Part shown: piece by piece, positions 30,764-39,956 of the stretch | Layout of the letters: each line of letters opens with the position of its first letter | Numbering within the stretch: the first letter of the stretch is position 1 | NCBI GenBank assembly: GCA_964022095.1 | Contig: CAXHZO010000010.1 | Span: 1-64,000 of the forward strand | Origin: an uncultured Arcobacteraceae bacterium | Lineage (GTDB): Bacteria > Campylobacterota > Campylobacteria > Campylobacterales > Arcobacteraceae | Length of the DNA: 64,000 bases | Direction of reading: 5' to 3' | The notes under the pieces: model-generated | What the model was told of the DNA's origin: nothing | The model's input: only the letters and a program-made list of their open reading frames with translations | The model's database searches: none | Program-made: the position numbers and the translations under genes

Positions 30764-31027
30764 ATGATTACATTAAAAGGTCATTTACTAAATATTATTC
30801 CAAAAACGGAATATAAAAAAGATGGAGAAAATTTAGCAACTCCAGTAAAAGCTAAACTACAAATTTTAGTAGAAAATAAAAGAGCAAATGGAGTCTTAGT
30901 TAAAGACTTACATACTATTTCTATTCCTGATGAAAAGATTCTTATGTACAAAGATAAGATAGGTAAAGAAGTAAGTGTAGAAGTTGGAATTATGTCAAAA
31001 GATAAAATTAGTTTCTATGGTGTCTAA
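30764..31027 (+). CDS. Putative OB-fold single-stranded DNA-binding protein
   Basis: 87 aa, beta-strand-rich pattern, AAGGA RBS, directly upstream of a rolling-circle Rep; function inferred from size and context. Confidence 0.5.
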   Translation: MITLKGHLLNIIPKTEYKKDGENLATPVKAKLQILVENKRANGVLVKDLHTISIPDEKILMYKDKIGKEVSVEVGIMSKDKISFYGV

Positions 31028-31119
31028 AGAAGAAAAAAGACTTATTGTAAGGCTACTTACAAAAAGTTTTTTTCTTCTTTGACAATTAAAAAATAAGGGG
31101 TTTATAGTAACACCCCTTA
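31021..31119. other. Twin hairpins; candidate double-strand origin / nick site
   Basis: 64-nt near-perfect hairpin (31021-31084) and TAAGGGGT-ttatagtaac-ACCCCTTA hairpin (31094-31119) immediately before rep. Confidence 0.6.
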
Positions 31120-31143
31120 CTAAACGTCAAAGAAAGGATAAAG

Positions 31144-32513
31144 ATGAATGAAGTTAAAAAAATCTTCGGTATAGATTCACTTTATTACTTCTGTGAATCA
31201 AATGATGATTATGATGATTTGTATCTAGAAATATTAGACCAAATAGAAGATATTAAAGGTAAATACCAAAAGAAAGAAATTGAGTTTGAAAATAGAGATA
31301 TTACTATTAAAGTAAATGATGTACCTTTACACTTTCTTGGTAAAGCTGAAGGATATCATTGGTTTGTAGATACTAATGAATATTTTAAAATAGGTTTTAA
31401 AGATAAATACAAAAATAGAGGTTTAAATGATATTAGAGTTCAACTTCTTGGAGTTGGTATTTATTCAATAGGAATAAAATCACTAATTGAGTTTATAAAT
31501 AAAGAATTACTAAAAGAGTATGTAACTGGATACTTTCCAATTACTAGAGCAGATTTAAACTGTTTTATACAATATGACTTTAGCTTTGTAACTAAAGAGA
31601 TGTTTGTATCTAAAAAAAAGAAATATTCAACTATTAGTGAAATAGGTAGTTCAACTACAACACAAACTTTGTATGTAGGAAAAGAGCCATTTAAACTAAG
31701 ACTTTATAATAAAAAAGAAGAGTTAAAAAAGTCAAAGAAAAAAAATTTGATGTATGAATACTTTTCAAATCATGGATTTGATTTAGAAGATGAAATATTT
31801 AATGTTGAATTTGAAATACATAGAACTCATATAAAACTATTTGGAATAGATTCATTAGATGATTTCTTTAAACATGCAGTTAGATTATTTCAATTTAGTA
31901 TGAATGATATAAGACTAATAGATATTAATTCATTAAGTGATAATGCAGTAGAGCATAACAATAAAAGAAGAGCAGATACTTTACCAATATGGGATGAGAT
32001 ACAAAGAGAGTTTAATTTAAAAGAATTTTTACAATCTTCTTTACCATTAGAAAGAATTAAAAGAAAAATATCTATTTATGATGATAATAAGTTTGAATAT
32101 GAGTTTATAGTTTTAATTAGAAAAGCAATAATAAATGATTTAAATCTAGATAGAGACTATTTAAACCATTTATATGAAAAAGGAAAAGATAGTTTAAAAA
32201 GACTACTACACCAAAGCAATTAAAACAAGATTATATAGATATAGAGTTTGTACATGAAGATGGAAAAGTAGAGAAATATAGACAATTAGATAATGGAGAG
32301 ATAATTAAACCATTAAGAACTTTAACTGTAGCAAAACTGAGTGATTATGATTTACATAGATATTTAGAAAAAGTTACCCAAGTTCAACACTTATCTACTA
32401 GAAACAAACATATATTTGAGGTAGCTTATAAAGAGGCTATGCATAGAGGATTAATTCCTAGTATTAATCCTACTGAATCATTAGAAGATGAAGAAGATAG
32501 GCTAGATTTTTGA
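31144..32513 (+). CDS. Rep_trans-like rolling-circle initiator/relaxase, interrupted by a -1 frameshift near 32193-32200
   Basis: GIDSL, TRADL, TLYVG...RLYNK, NVEFE motifs in 31144-32223; a further 104 sense codons follow in the -1 frame (32199-32510, TGA at 32511-32513). Confidence 0.75.
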
Positions 32514-32593
32514 TACTTTTTTAAAAAGTATATACAGACATAAGGGAATTTATTTCCCTTGCTTAAACAGATTATGAAAGGAGTGTAAAAACA

Positions 32594-32899
32594 ATGGAAA
32601 TATCATTTGAGAATTTAAAAAAAATTGACACTATATTAGAAAAATTAGAACTACTAGAAAATAAAGTAACTAGTGAAAAAAGGTGGCTTAATACAAAAGA
32701 AGCTTCACATTATTTAGGTTATTCACAAGACCATATACACAAACTAAAAGAGAATTATTTTATTGAAAGTAAACACTATTTTAAAAAAGCTGGAAGAATT
32801 TTATTTGATAAACTAGAACTTGATATATGGGTTAAAAACTCATATTGTGAAGTTAATCCAGGTCAAATCGTAGATTCTATATTGAAGGATTTAAAATGA
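32594..32899 (+). CDS. Excisionase-like HTH (HTH_17/MerR-type) protein
   Basis: WLNTKEASHYLGYS...ILFDK.ELD.W; directly upstream of the integrase. Confidence 0.82.
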   Translation: MEISFENLKKIDTILEKLELLENKVTSEKRWLNTKEASHYLGYSQDHIHKLKENYFIESKHYFKKAGRILFDKLELDIWVKNSYCEVNPGQIVDSILKDLK

Positions 32900-32962
32900 T
32901 TTTTAGTAAAATAAAAAGTTCAAGAAGTTCATTTTTATTGGTGTTTTTTCTAAGGAGAAAAC

Positions 32963-34048
32963 ATGATTAATATGACACAACCAAAAATTTACACTAGAGG
33001 TAATAAACTTTGGGTAAATTTCAGTTTTGAGGGAAAATATATTAGAAAGTCTTTAAATTTAGAAGACAACAAAACTAATAGAAAACTTGCCCAAAACCAA
33101 ATAATTCCACAATTGATATTAAAAATATATAGTGGAGAGTTCTTTGAAAAAAATATTGTTCCCATTTTAAATGAATATTCTAGTGTTTCTTTTGAGCAAC
33201 ATAGACATGAAAGAAAGATTACAACTAATACGGACTATCAAAATATTTACAATAAGCATATCAAACCAACTTTTGGAAATAGAAAGCTTGATAAGATTAG
33301 AGTTAGTGAAGTTAATATTTGGAAAAATAAACTTTATAAAGAACTTGGACTTTCTTCAAAGAGAGTAAATGATATTAAAAAGATATTTTGTACTATATTA
33401 GAAGATGCAGTAAGAGATGAAATTATAGTTTCTAATCCCGTTTCAAAGTCTAGACCACTTCCAGTTCATCAAGAAAAAGAGATTCATCCTTTTTCTTTAG
33501 AAGAAATAAAACTTATTATAAATACTGCAAAAGGTCAGGATAAGAATTTGATAGCAACTCTTTTTATGACTGGTATGAGAACAGGAGAGCTAATAGGTCT
33601 TAAATGGAAAGATATAGATTTTGATAAAAGAGAAATTTCAATAAGTCGAACTATTGGTAGAGGTATTGAAGGTACTCCAAAAACTATGTCAAGTTATAGA
33701 ACTATTCCTATTTTAGATTCTTTATATCCATATTTAGTAAATCAATATACTTTGACTTCAGAAGAAAATACTTATGTATTTTTGAATGATAAAGGAAATC
33801 ACTATTTTGATTCTAAAAATATTAGAGCAGGGCTTTGGAAAAAAATTTTAAAACATTCAGGTGTTAAGTATAGAACGGTTTATCATACTAGACATACTTT
33901 TTGTTCTATTAACTTACAAAATGGAGAAGATATTATTTGGATATCAAAAGTTTTAGGACATAAAAATCCTAGAGTTACATTAGAAAAATATTCAAAATAT
34001 ATTCCTACAAATGGAAACAAAAAAACAATTTTTGATAGTTTAAATTAG
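32963..34048 (+). CDS. Tyrosine recombinase / integrase
   Basis: TGMRTGE (R), PKT (K), HTRHTF (HxxR), LGH, EKY catalytic motifs; ends about 70 bp before att. Confidence 0.96.
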   Translation: MINMTQPKIYTRGNKLWVNFSFEGKYIRKSLNLEDNKTNRKLAQNQIIPQLILKIYSGEFFEKNIVPILNEYSSVSFEQHRHERKITTNTDYQNIYNKHIKPTFGNRKLDKIRVSEVNIWKNKLYKELGLSSKRVNDIKKIFCTILEDAVRDEIIVSNPVSKSRPLPVHQEKEIHPFSLEEIKLIINTAKGQDKNLIATLFMTGMRTGELIGLKWKDIDFDKREISISRTIGRGIEGTPKTMSSYRTIPILDSLYPYLVNQYTLTSEENTYVFLNDKGNHYFDSKNIRAGLWKKILKHSGVKYRTVYHTRHTFCSINLQNGEDIIWISKVLGHKNPRVTLEKYSKYIPTNGNKKTIFDSLN

Positions 34049-34116
34049 TACTCGTACAATTTTATCACAGTTGAAAAATTTTACTATTGAAAAGCCGTTG
34101 TATCGGGGATTAAAAG

Positions 34117-34138
34117 ATACATGGTGCGAATGGTGAGA
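34117..34138. repeat. Attachment-site direct repeat overlapping the tRNA-Leu 3' end
   Basis: Identical to 26140-26161. Confidence 0.95.
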
Positions 34139-34208
34139 ATCGAACTCACACTCCGAAACCGGAATGGGATTTTAAGTCCCACGCGTCTACCTATTCCGCC
34201 ACACTCGC
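34122..34208 (-). tRNA. tRNA-Leu(TAA)
   Basis: GCGAGTG...TGGGA-CTTAAAA-TCCCA anticodon arm, long variable arm, GTTCGATT, encoded CCA. Confidence 0.97.
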
Positions 34209-34229
34209 ACATGTGTATAATATTTAAAG

Positions 34230-34305
34230 TGGTGGTTCGAGGCAGAATCGAACTGCCGACACAAGGATTTTCAATCCTTTGCTCTACCGACTGAGCTATC
34301 GAACC
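34230..34305 (-). tRNA. tRNA-Phe(GAA)
   Basis: GGTTCGATAGCTCAG...AAGGA-TTGAAAA-TCCTT...GTTCGATT...CCA; 76 nt. Confidence 0.97.
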
Positions 34306-34318
34306 AAACTTTAATAAA

Positions 34319-34403
34319 TGGTGGTGAGAGAAGGATTCGAACCTTCGAAGCCGTAGGCGGCGGATTTACAATCCGCAGGATTTGACCACTCTCCAACCTC
34401 ACC
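34319..34403 (-). tRNA. tRNA-Tyr(GTA)
   Basis: GCGGA-TTGTAAA-TCCGC anticodon arm, variable arm, GTTCGAAT, CCA; 85 nt. Confidence 0.97.
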
Positions 34404-34430
34404 ATAAAAATGATTTAACTTAAACTAACG

Positions 34431-34505
34431 TGGATGGGGTAGCAGGGATCGAACCTGCGAATAACGATACCAAAAACCGTTGCCTTACCACTTGGCGATA
34501 CCCCA
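34431..34505 (-). tRNA. tRNA-Gln(TTG)
   Basis: TGGGGTATCGCCAAGTGGTAAGGC...TTTTGGT loop...GTTCGATCC...CCA; U1:A72 pair; 75 nt. Confidence 0.95.
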
Positions 34506-34523
34506 TTAATTTAAGTGGGTGAA

Positions 34524-34529
34524 ATTATA
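34524..34529 (-). promoter_or_regulatory. -10 box of the tRNA Gln-Tyr-Phe-Leu operon
   Basis: TATAAT on the minus strand, 18 nt upstream of tRNA-Gln. Confidence 0.6.
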
Positions 34530-34579
34530 ATATCAGTTAAATTAAATCTAGCTAAAATTATCAACGGTTTTTTATAAAT

Positions 34580-34954
34580 TTAGAAATTAAATGCTAAATT
34601 TAGTTTTGTTTGCTCTTTTTCATGATTATGTGAAATAAAAATCGATGTATTATTGTTTACATAGTTAGATAGTATTGCACCACTTAAAGATCCAGCTATG
34701 TCAAAAGCTAAATCACTTGTTGAAAATTTATCATCTGTTAATTCTTTTGCAAGTCCAGGAATTGTTCCTAATAATGTTCCTAATGCAATTTTATCAAAAT
34801 CATCATATTGATAATACTCTTTATGTATTATTGTTTCAGCTGTAAAACCAAATGCTGCTGATAATACGAAATGTTTACCTGAATTTGTATCTGCTGCATT
34901 TAAACTGATAAATGAACTAAGTCCTAAAATTAAAATAGATTTTTTTATATTCAT
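34580..34954 (-). CDS. YfiM/DUF2279-like small exported or membrane protein
   Basis: Signal peptide; KHF..SA, GLAKEL.D..FS.SDLAFDIAG. Confidence 0.6.
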   Translation of the reverse strand: MNIKKSILILGLSSFISLNAADTNSGKHFVLSAAFGFTAETIIHKEYYQYDDFDKIALGTLLGTIPGLAKELTDDKFSTSDLAFDIAGSLSGAILSNYVNNNTSIFISHNHEKEQTKLNLAFNF

Positions 34955-35112
34955 CTTCTTACCTTATATTTTTTTATTTATTATAGCATTTTAATAATTA
35001 GATGAGTTCTTTTTGATCCAAAATTCTTATTTTTAATAATATAGTTTAAATTATCTTGTTTTTATGGTATTATTTGTTAAAATATAAAATTATTTATTTA
35101 AAAAGGTCAGAT

Positions 35113-36732
35113 ATGTTTATGGAGCATTTAGCTTTGACTTATAAGTGTCACAGCTCAATAGGAAATAGTTTAGATTTAAAAAAGATGATTGAAGAAGTCT
35201 TACATACATTTGTTGATGAAACAAATGCATTATCTGGCTATTTCTTTTTAATTGATGAAAATCATAATTTACATAAATATTTATCATATAAAGAAATATC
35301 TTGTTTTGATGAAAATGAACTAAAAGATCATTTAAGTACTTTTAATATTTATGATTGTCCAAATAATAATTATAAAATCATAATTATGCCACTTACAAAT
35401 GGTGCTATATTTTTAGTATATGAAAACAAAGATATAAACTTTGAGTACATAGGTTCAATGTTCCAAGATTTAATTGTAAAATTAAATATTAGTATTGATG
35501 CATGTTTAAATGTTCAAAGAATGAAAAACAAAAATAAAATGCTAAAACACTTAACACAAGAGTTAAAAGACCAACAAAAAGAGCTTATAGATTCAGATAA
35601 GTATAAAAGTAACTTTTTAGCAAATATGAGTCATGAATTGAAAACACCACTTAACTCAATCATAGTTTTATCTTCAATTATGAGAAAAAATAAAAACAAT
35701 GCTTTAAGTGATGAGCATGTTAAAAACTTAAACATTATAAATAGTTGTGGAAACGATCTATTATATTTAATAAATGATATTTTAGATATTTCAAAAATTG
35801 AAGCAGGTGAAGTTTCACTAAGTTTAGCAAAAGTAAACATAAATGACTTAATTTCTTCACTTGTAGATGAAATGCGACCTATTGCTATTGAAAAAAAGCT
35901 AAATATAGAGTTTAATTGTCTTTTAGATGAAATAAACTTATTAACTGATTCTCATAGAATAAAACAGATAATTAAAAATCTTTTGAGTAATGCGATTAAA
36001 TTTACTGAAGAGGGTTTAATTGATGTGATTTTAGAAGAGAATGCAAATGACATTTCCATAAAAGTTGTTGATCATGGTATTGGAATTGCAGAAGAAAAAC
36101 TAAATCATATTTTTGATAGATTCAAACAAGCAGATGGAAGTACAACTAGAAAATATGGGGGTACAGGTTTAGGTCTTGCTATTTCAAAAGAGTTAGCTAA
36201 TTTATTAGGTGGTGATATAAAAGCCTTTAGTAAATTAGGTGAGGGAAGTAAGTTTGAAATAATTCTGCCTAAAAAAACAGATATAAAAAATATTTCTGAT
36301 GATAGTGTTTCAATATCATCTCAAAATAATAGTGAAGAACAAGAGATAGAAGAGATTGTATTTTTTGATATGGATGCTGCTAATACAAGTGAAAATATGC
36401 AAAGTAAGATTCAAAATGTAGTTCTTTTAAATTGTGATAAATTAACAATGTTTCCTATAGTTGTCCAACTAAAAAAATATGATATTGAATTAACTCAAGT
36501 TGATTCTTTAACTGATACTTTTGAACTTTTAGAAAAAGAGTATCAAGATTTAGTTGTTATAGATAAAGAAAATACTAAAACTGCCATTGATGAATTTTTA
36601 AACTATTGTAATGAACAGAATTCACAAGTTTTAATTTTATCAAATGATGATACTGAAGATGAAAAACATATAAATAAAGCAAATGTAAAAGAAAATTTAA
36701 CAAAAGAAATTTTAAAAAGATTAGGAAAATAG
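35113..36732 (+). CDS. Sensor histidine kinase with degenerate C-terminal receiver
   Basis: FLANMSHELKTPLN, NAIKFT, DHGIGI, GGTGLGLAI; ATG at 35113 behind AAGG. Confidence 0.92.
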   Translation: MFMEHLALTYKCHSSIGNSLDLKKMIEEVLHTFVDETNALSGYFFLIDENHNLHKYLSYKEISCFDENELKDHLSTFNIYDCPNNNYKIIIMPLTNGAIFLVYENKDINFEYIGSMFQDLIVKLNISIDACLNVQRMKNKNKMLKHLTQELKDQQKELIDSDKYKSNFLANMSHELKTPLNSIIVLSSIMRKNKNNALSDEHVKNLNIINSCGNDLLYLINDILDISKIEAGEVSLSLAKVNINDLISSLVDEMRPIAIEKKLNIEFNCLLDEINLLTDSHRIKQIIKNLLSNAIKFTEEGLIDVILEENANDISIKVVDHGIGIAEEKLNHIFDRFKQADGSTTRKYGGTGLGLAISKELANLLGGDIKAFSKLGEGSKFEIILPKKTDIKNISDDSVSISSQNNSEEQEIEEIVFFDMDAANTSENMQSKIQNVVLLNCDKLTMFPIVVQLKKYDIELTQVDSLTDTFELLEKEYQDLVVIDKENTKTAIDEFLNYCNEQNSQVLILSNDDTEDEKHINKANVKENLTKEILKRLGK

Positions 36733-36733
36733 T

Positions 36734-37861
36734 ATGGAAAAGTTTAGAATATTATTAGTTGATGATGTACCTGAAAATATTTACTCTTTAAAAATGATGA
36801 TTGAAGATAGTTTTGATGTAGAGATTTTTTCAGCTTTAAGTGCCCAAGAGGGTATGGAAATTTTAATGAAAGAAAAAATCCACCTAATTCTTACTGATGT
36901 TCAAATGCCAGAAATAGATGGATTTGAATTTGTAGAATATTTAAAGAATATTGATAAAACAAAAGATATTCCAGTTATTTTTATTACAGGAATTTATGAT
37001 AAAGATGAATACAAAACAAAAGGTTATGATTTAGGTGCTATTGAATATATTACTAAACCAATTCATGATGTATTATTAAACTCTAAATTAAAAGTTTATA
37101 TTGATATTTTTGAAAAACAAAAAGAAGATGAAGAAGAGATTGTTGCAAAAGATGAGCTTTTAATGCATCAATCGAAAATGGCAACAATGGGTGAGATGAT
37201 TGGAATTATTGCTCATCAATTAAAACAGCCATTAAATATCTTATCTTTATATTGTAATGATGTAAAAGATTCTTATAAATATGAAGAAATTGATGATAAG
37301 TTTATTGATGATTTTTCGAAAAATACAAAAGAACAAATTGATTATTTAAGTGAAACAATTGATGGATTTAGAGACTTTTTTAATCCAGATAAACAAAAAA
37401 GAGTTTTTGAAATTGAAAAAATCATAAATAAATCAGTAAAATTATTATCAAATAGAATAGAAACAGAAAAAATTACATTAAACATAGAAGTAAAAGAAGA
37501 AAAAGTTTATGGTGTAGAAACAGAATTAGAACAAGTTATTATCAATATCTTAAATAATTCAATTGATGCTTTTATTGAAACACAAGTTGAGCTAAAAGAG
37601 ATTAATATTAGTGTATTTGTTAAACAAAACTACACAATCTTAGTTATGGAAGATAGTGCAGGTGGAGTTCAAGAAGAAAAATTAGAAAAACTATTTGACC
37701 CATACTATACAACAAAAAGTACAGGAACTGGAACAGGCCTTTATACTGTAAAGTTAGTTATTAAAAATAGTTTAGGAGGTGATTTAAAAGTTAATAATAG
37801 TGAAAAAGGCTTAAGGTATATTATTGCATTACCTCAAAAAGATATTAAGAAGAAGGAGTAG
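36734..37861 (+). CDS. Hybrid response regulator / histidine kinase
   Basis: ILLVDD...ILTDVQMP receiver; IAHQLKQPL H-box; HATPase. Confidence 0.92.
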   Translation: MEKFRILLVDDVPENIYSLKMMIEDSFDVEIFSALSAQEGMEILMKEKIHLILTDVQMPEIDGFEFVEYLKNIDKTKDIPVIFITGIYDKDEYKTKGYDLGAIEYITKPIHDVLLNSKLKVYIDIFEKQKEDEEEIVAKDELLMHQSKMATMGEMIGIIAHQLKQPLNILSLYCNDVKDSYKYEEIDDKFIDDFSKNTKEQIDYLSETIDGFRDFFNPDKQKRVFEIEKIINKSVKLLSNRIETEKITLNIEVKEEKVYGVETELEQVIINILNNSIDAFIETQVELKEINISVFVKQNYTILVMEDSAGGVQEEKLEKLFDPYYTTKSTGTGTGLYTVKLVIKNSLGGDLKVNNSEKGLRYIIALPQKDIKKKE

Positions 37862-39098
37862 TTAGCTCTTTTATTTTAGCCTCTAAAGAGTCTATAACAT
37901 CTTCTAAATCTTTTATTCTTTTATTCTTTTGCTCATTTGTTTCCATAAGAAGTTTTAACTCTTTTTTTGTTGCTAATACTTCATTTTCATACTCTTTGTT
38001 CTTATTTTTAAGGGTTAACTTATCATTTTTTAATTCATTTATTTGTCTTGCTTGTTCATCTCTTTTGTTACTTAATTCTTTCATAAATTTATCATATTTA
38101 TTGTCTACATTATGCATTTGAAGTTCATAATGGTCAAGTTGTTTTTGTCTACTAAGTGTTTTTTCTTTTTCTGTTTTTAGTTCATCTAGTAATCTTGGAA
38201 CTTGGCTATCTAAAGTTGATAGTTTCTCTTGTTGTTCAAGTATTAGTTTTTTATACTTTAATTCATTTTTTTTAAACTCTTGAATAGCTTTCATAACTTT
38301 CTTTTTGAATTCTCTTTTTTCAATATTCTCATCATTTAATGAAAATCCTATTGTTATAAATTCATCACAATCTGGGGATAATTTAAAGATAGAACATTTA
38401 AGATAGAAAGATTGTTTATCCTTTGTAATAAACTTTGTATTACCTGTCCATGGTTTATCACTTTTAATACTTTCCCAACTTTTTTTAATAGAATCTTTTG
38501 GAATATCAGGATGAATTAGTTCATAAAAAGTTTTTTCTAGTAATTCTTCTTTATTATATTGAGTGATTTCAAGGGTTAAATCATTTGCACTTAGAACTTT
38601 ACCTTCTAAATCAACTTTATAAATTATGGCTACTTTGTTAATACCACTTATATAATTATCTAATTCAGTTTTTGCTTCATCTAATTGCTCTTGAATAAAC
38701 TGCTTTTCACAAATATCATATATTATTTGGATAAGTTTATCCATATCGATTGGCTTTAATACATAATGACTAACATTAAGTTCTACAGCTCTTAAAATAT
38801 TTTCACTTTCATTTCTAGCTGTGGTATAAATTAAAGGAATCTCTTGATCTACTTTTCTTATGTTTTCAAGCATTTCTAAGCCATTCATAACTGGCATATT
38901 TATATCTGATATGATGATATTGATTTTTTCTTTTGTGTTTAAGCTTTCGTTATATTTATCTAACCCTTCTTTACCATTTTCACAAACAATAACTTTTTTG
39001 AAAAGTTTTGATAATAGTTTTGACAGTTTATCTCTTGCTACTTGTTCATCTTCAACAAATAACACAGTTAGATTTTTAAGGTAAACTCTATTAATCAT
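37845..39098 (-). CDS. Response regulator with PAS and coiled-coil output
   Basis: VLFVEDE...ISDINMP...LKP receiver, PAS (ELIHPD), long coiled coil. Confidence 0.88.
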   Translation of the reverse strand: MINRVYLKNLTVLFVEDEQVARDKLSKLLSKLFKKVIVCENGKEGLDKYNESLNTKEKINIIISDINMPVMNGLEMLENIRKVDQEIPLIYTTARNESENILRAVELNVSHYVLKPIDMDKLIQIIYDICEKQFIQEQLDEAKTELDNYISGINKVAIIYKVDLEGKVLSANDLTLEITQYNKEELLEKTFYELIHPDIPKDSIKKSWESIKSDKPWTGNTKFITKDKQSFYLKCSIFKLSPDCDEFITIGFSLNDENIEKREFKKKVMKAIQEFKKNELKYKKLILEQQEKLSTLDSQVPRLLDELKTEKEKTLSRQKQLDHYELQMHNVDNKYDKFMKELSNKRDEQARQINELKNDKLTLKNKNKEYENEVLATKKELKLLMETNEQKNKRIKDLEDVIDSLEAKIKELTTPSS

Positions 39099-39167
39099 TA
39101 GAAGCCTTTATTATAATTATCAATTTTAGCGAAAATTATTTAAAGGTTTCTATTATAAATAAGTTTT

Positions 39168-39917
39168 TTATGAATAAGACATAATTTTTGGAGGGAATTC
39201 CTTAAATGCCTCTTTTACTGAATTACTTATTGAGTTTTTATATTTGTTATTTTGGTCTACATGTGAGAATTGAAGATACTCTATACAACCTTGTTCTGAT
39301 TTTTCTTCTTTATAAATATAAACAATTTTTTTACCTAATTTTATAGTATTGTCATAAATTAGTTTTGCATAATCGTTTATGTAAGGGAACTCTTTTTGAC
39401 TGATTTTATCTCCCCATGAGAAGAACACAAATTTACCATTTGGAATATAGTTTTGTGCATCGATATACATAATATCTCTATCAAATTCTGTGTTTTGTTT
39501 AGAATTGTATTTTTCTAAATCTTCATTAAATTTAATAAGAAGTTTAGATGAATCAATATTTTTTTCAACTAAGTTAAACAGTGATTTGATTTCTACTATT
39601 TTCCCCTTACAAGTATCTCTCATAGCTTGTTTAAATATTGTTAAATAATTTTCAACTTTTAATTCAATCATCTTATCAAAATCTTCAAAATCTTGATCTA
39701 ATAAAAATTTCTTTGAGTCAAATCCCATAGGAATAGCAATAGGGTTATATAAAATAACCGTTCCTATAATATTTTTCTTTCTTAGTTTTCCAGTTTTGAT
39801 TTTATCTTTTAACTCTTTTGCAGTGATTACATCTTCTTCGTCGTGGTTGAAGTACATATAACTTTCAGTTAAAAAAATCTCTTCATATTTAGTTTCTATT
39901 GTTCCAAAATATTGCAT
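39168..39917 (-). CDS. Hypothetical protein
   Basis: 249 aa ORF with AAGGA RBS. Confidence 0.65.
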   Translation of the reverse strand: MQYFGTIETKYEEIFLTESYMYFNHDEEDVITAKELKDKIKTGKLRKKNIIGTVILYNPIAIPMGFDSKKFLLDQDFEDFDKMIELKVENYLTIFKQAMRDTCKGKIVEIKSLFNLVEKNIDSSKLLIKFNEDLEKYNSKQNTEFDRDIMYIDAQNYIPNGKFVFFSWGDKISQKEFPYINDYAKLIYDNTIKLGKKIVYIYKEEKSEQGCIEYLQFSHVDQNNKYKNSISNSVKEAFKEFPPKIMSYS

Positions 39918-39956
39918 TTAAATCCTTTTTGATTTTGAAATATTAGCAAATTATTA

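Larger units (their letters stand above)
26140..34138. mobile_element. ~8 kb integrative element in tRNA-Leu(TAA) (rolling-circle IME or satellite-like)
   Basis: 22-bp direct repeats, tyrosine integrase next to the tRNA, Xis-like HTH, Rep_trans-like protein, SSB-like protein and defence-type cargo, all on one strand. Confidence 0.92.

Noticed and set aside
32542-32560. AAGGGAA-tttat-TTCCCTT hairpin between rep and xis
   Set aside because: 7-bp stem without a clear U-tract; function cannot be supported
30764-34048. Filamentous prophage (inovirus) interpretation of the ssb-rep module
   Set aside because: No small hydrophobic coat genes, pIII-like adhesin or Zot/pI ATPase between the att repeats
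35113-39098. HK / REC-HK / REC-PAS cluster as a novel system
   Set aside because: Ordinary two-component domain combinations of a type common in this lineage
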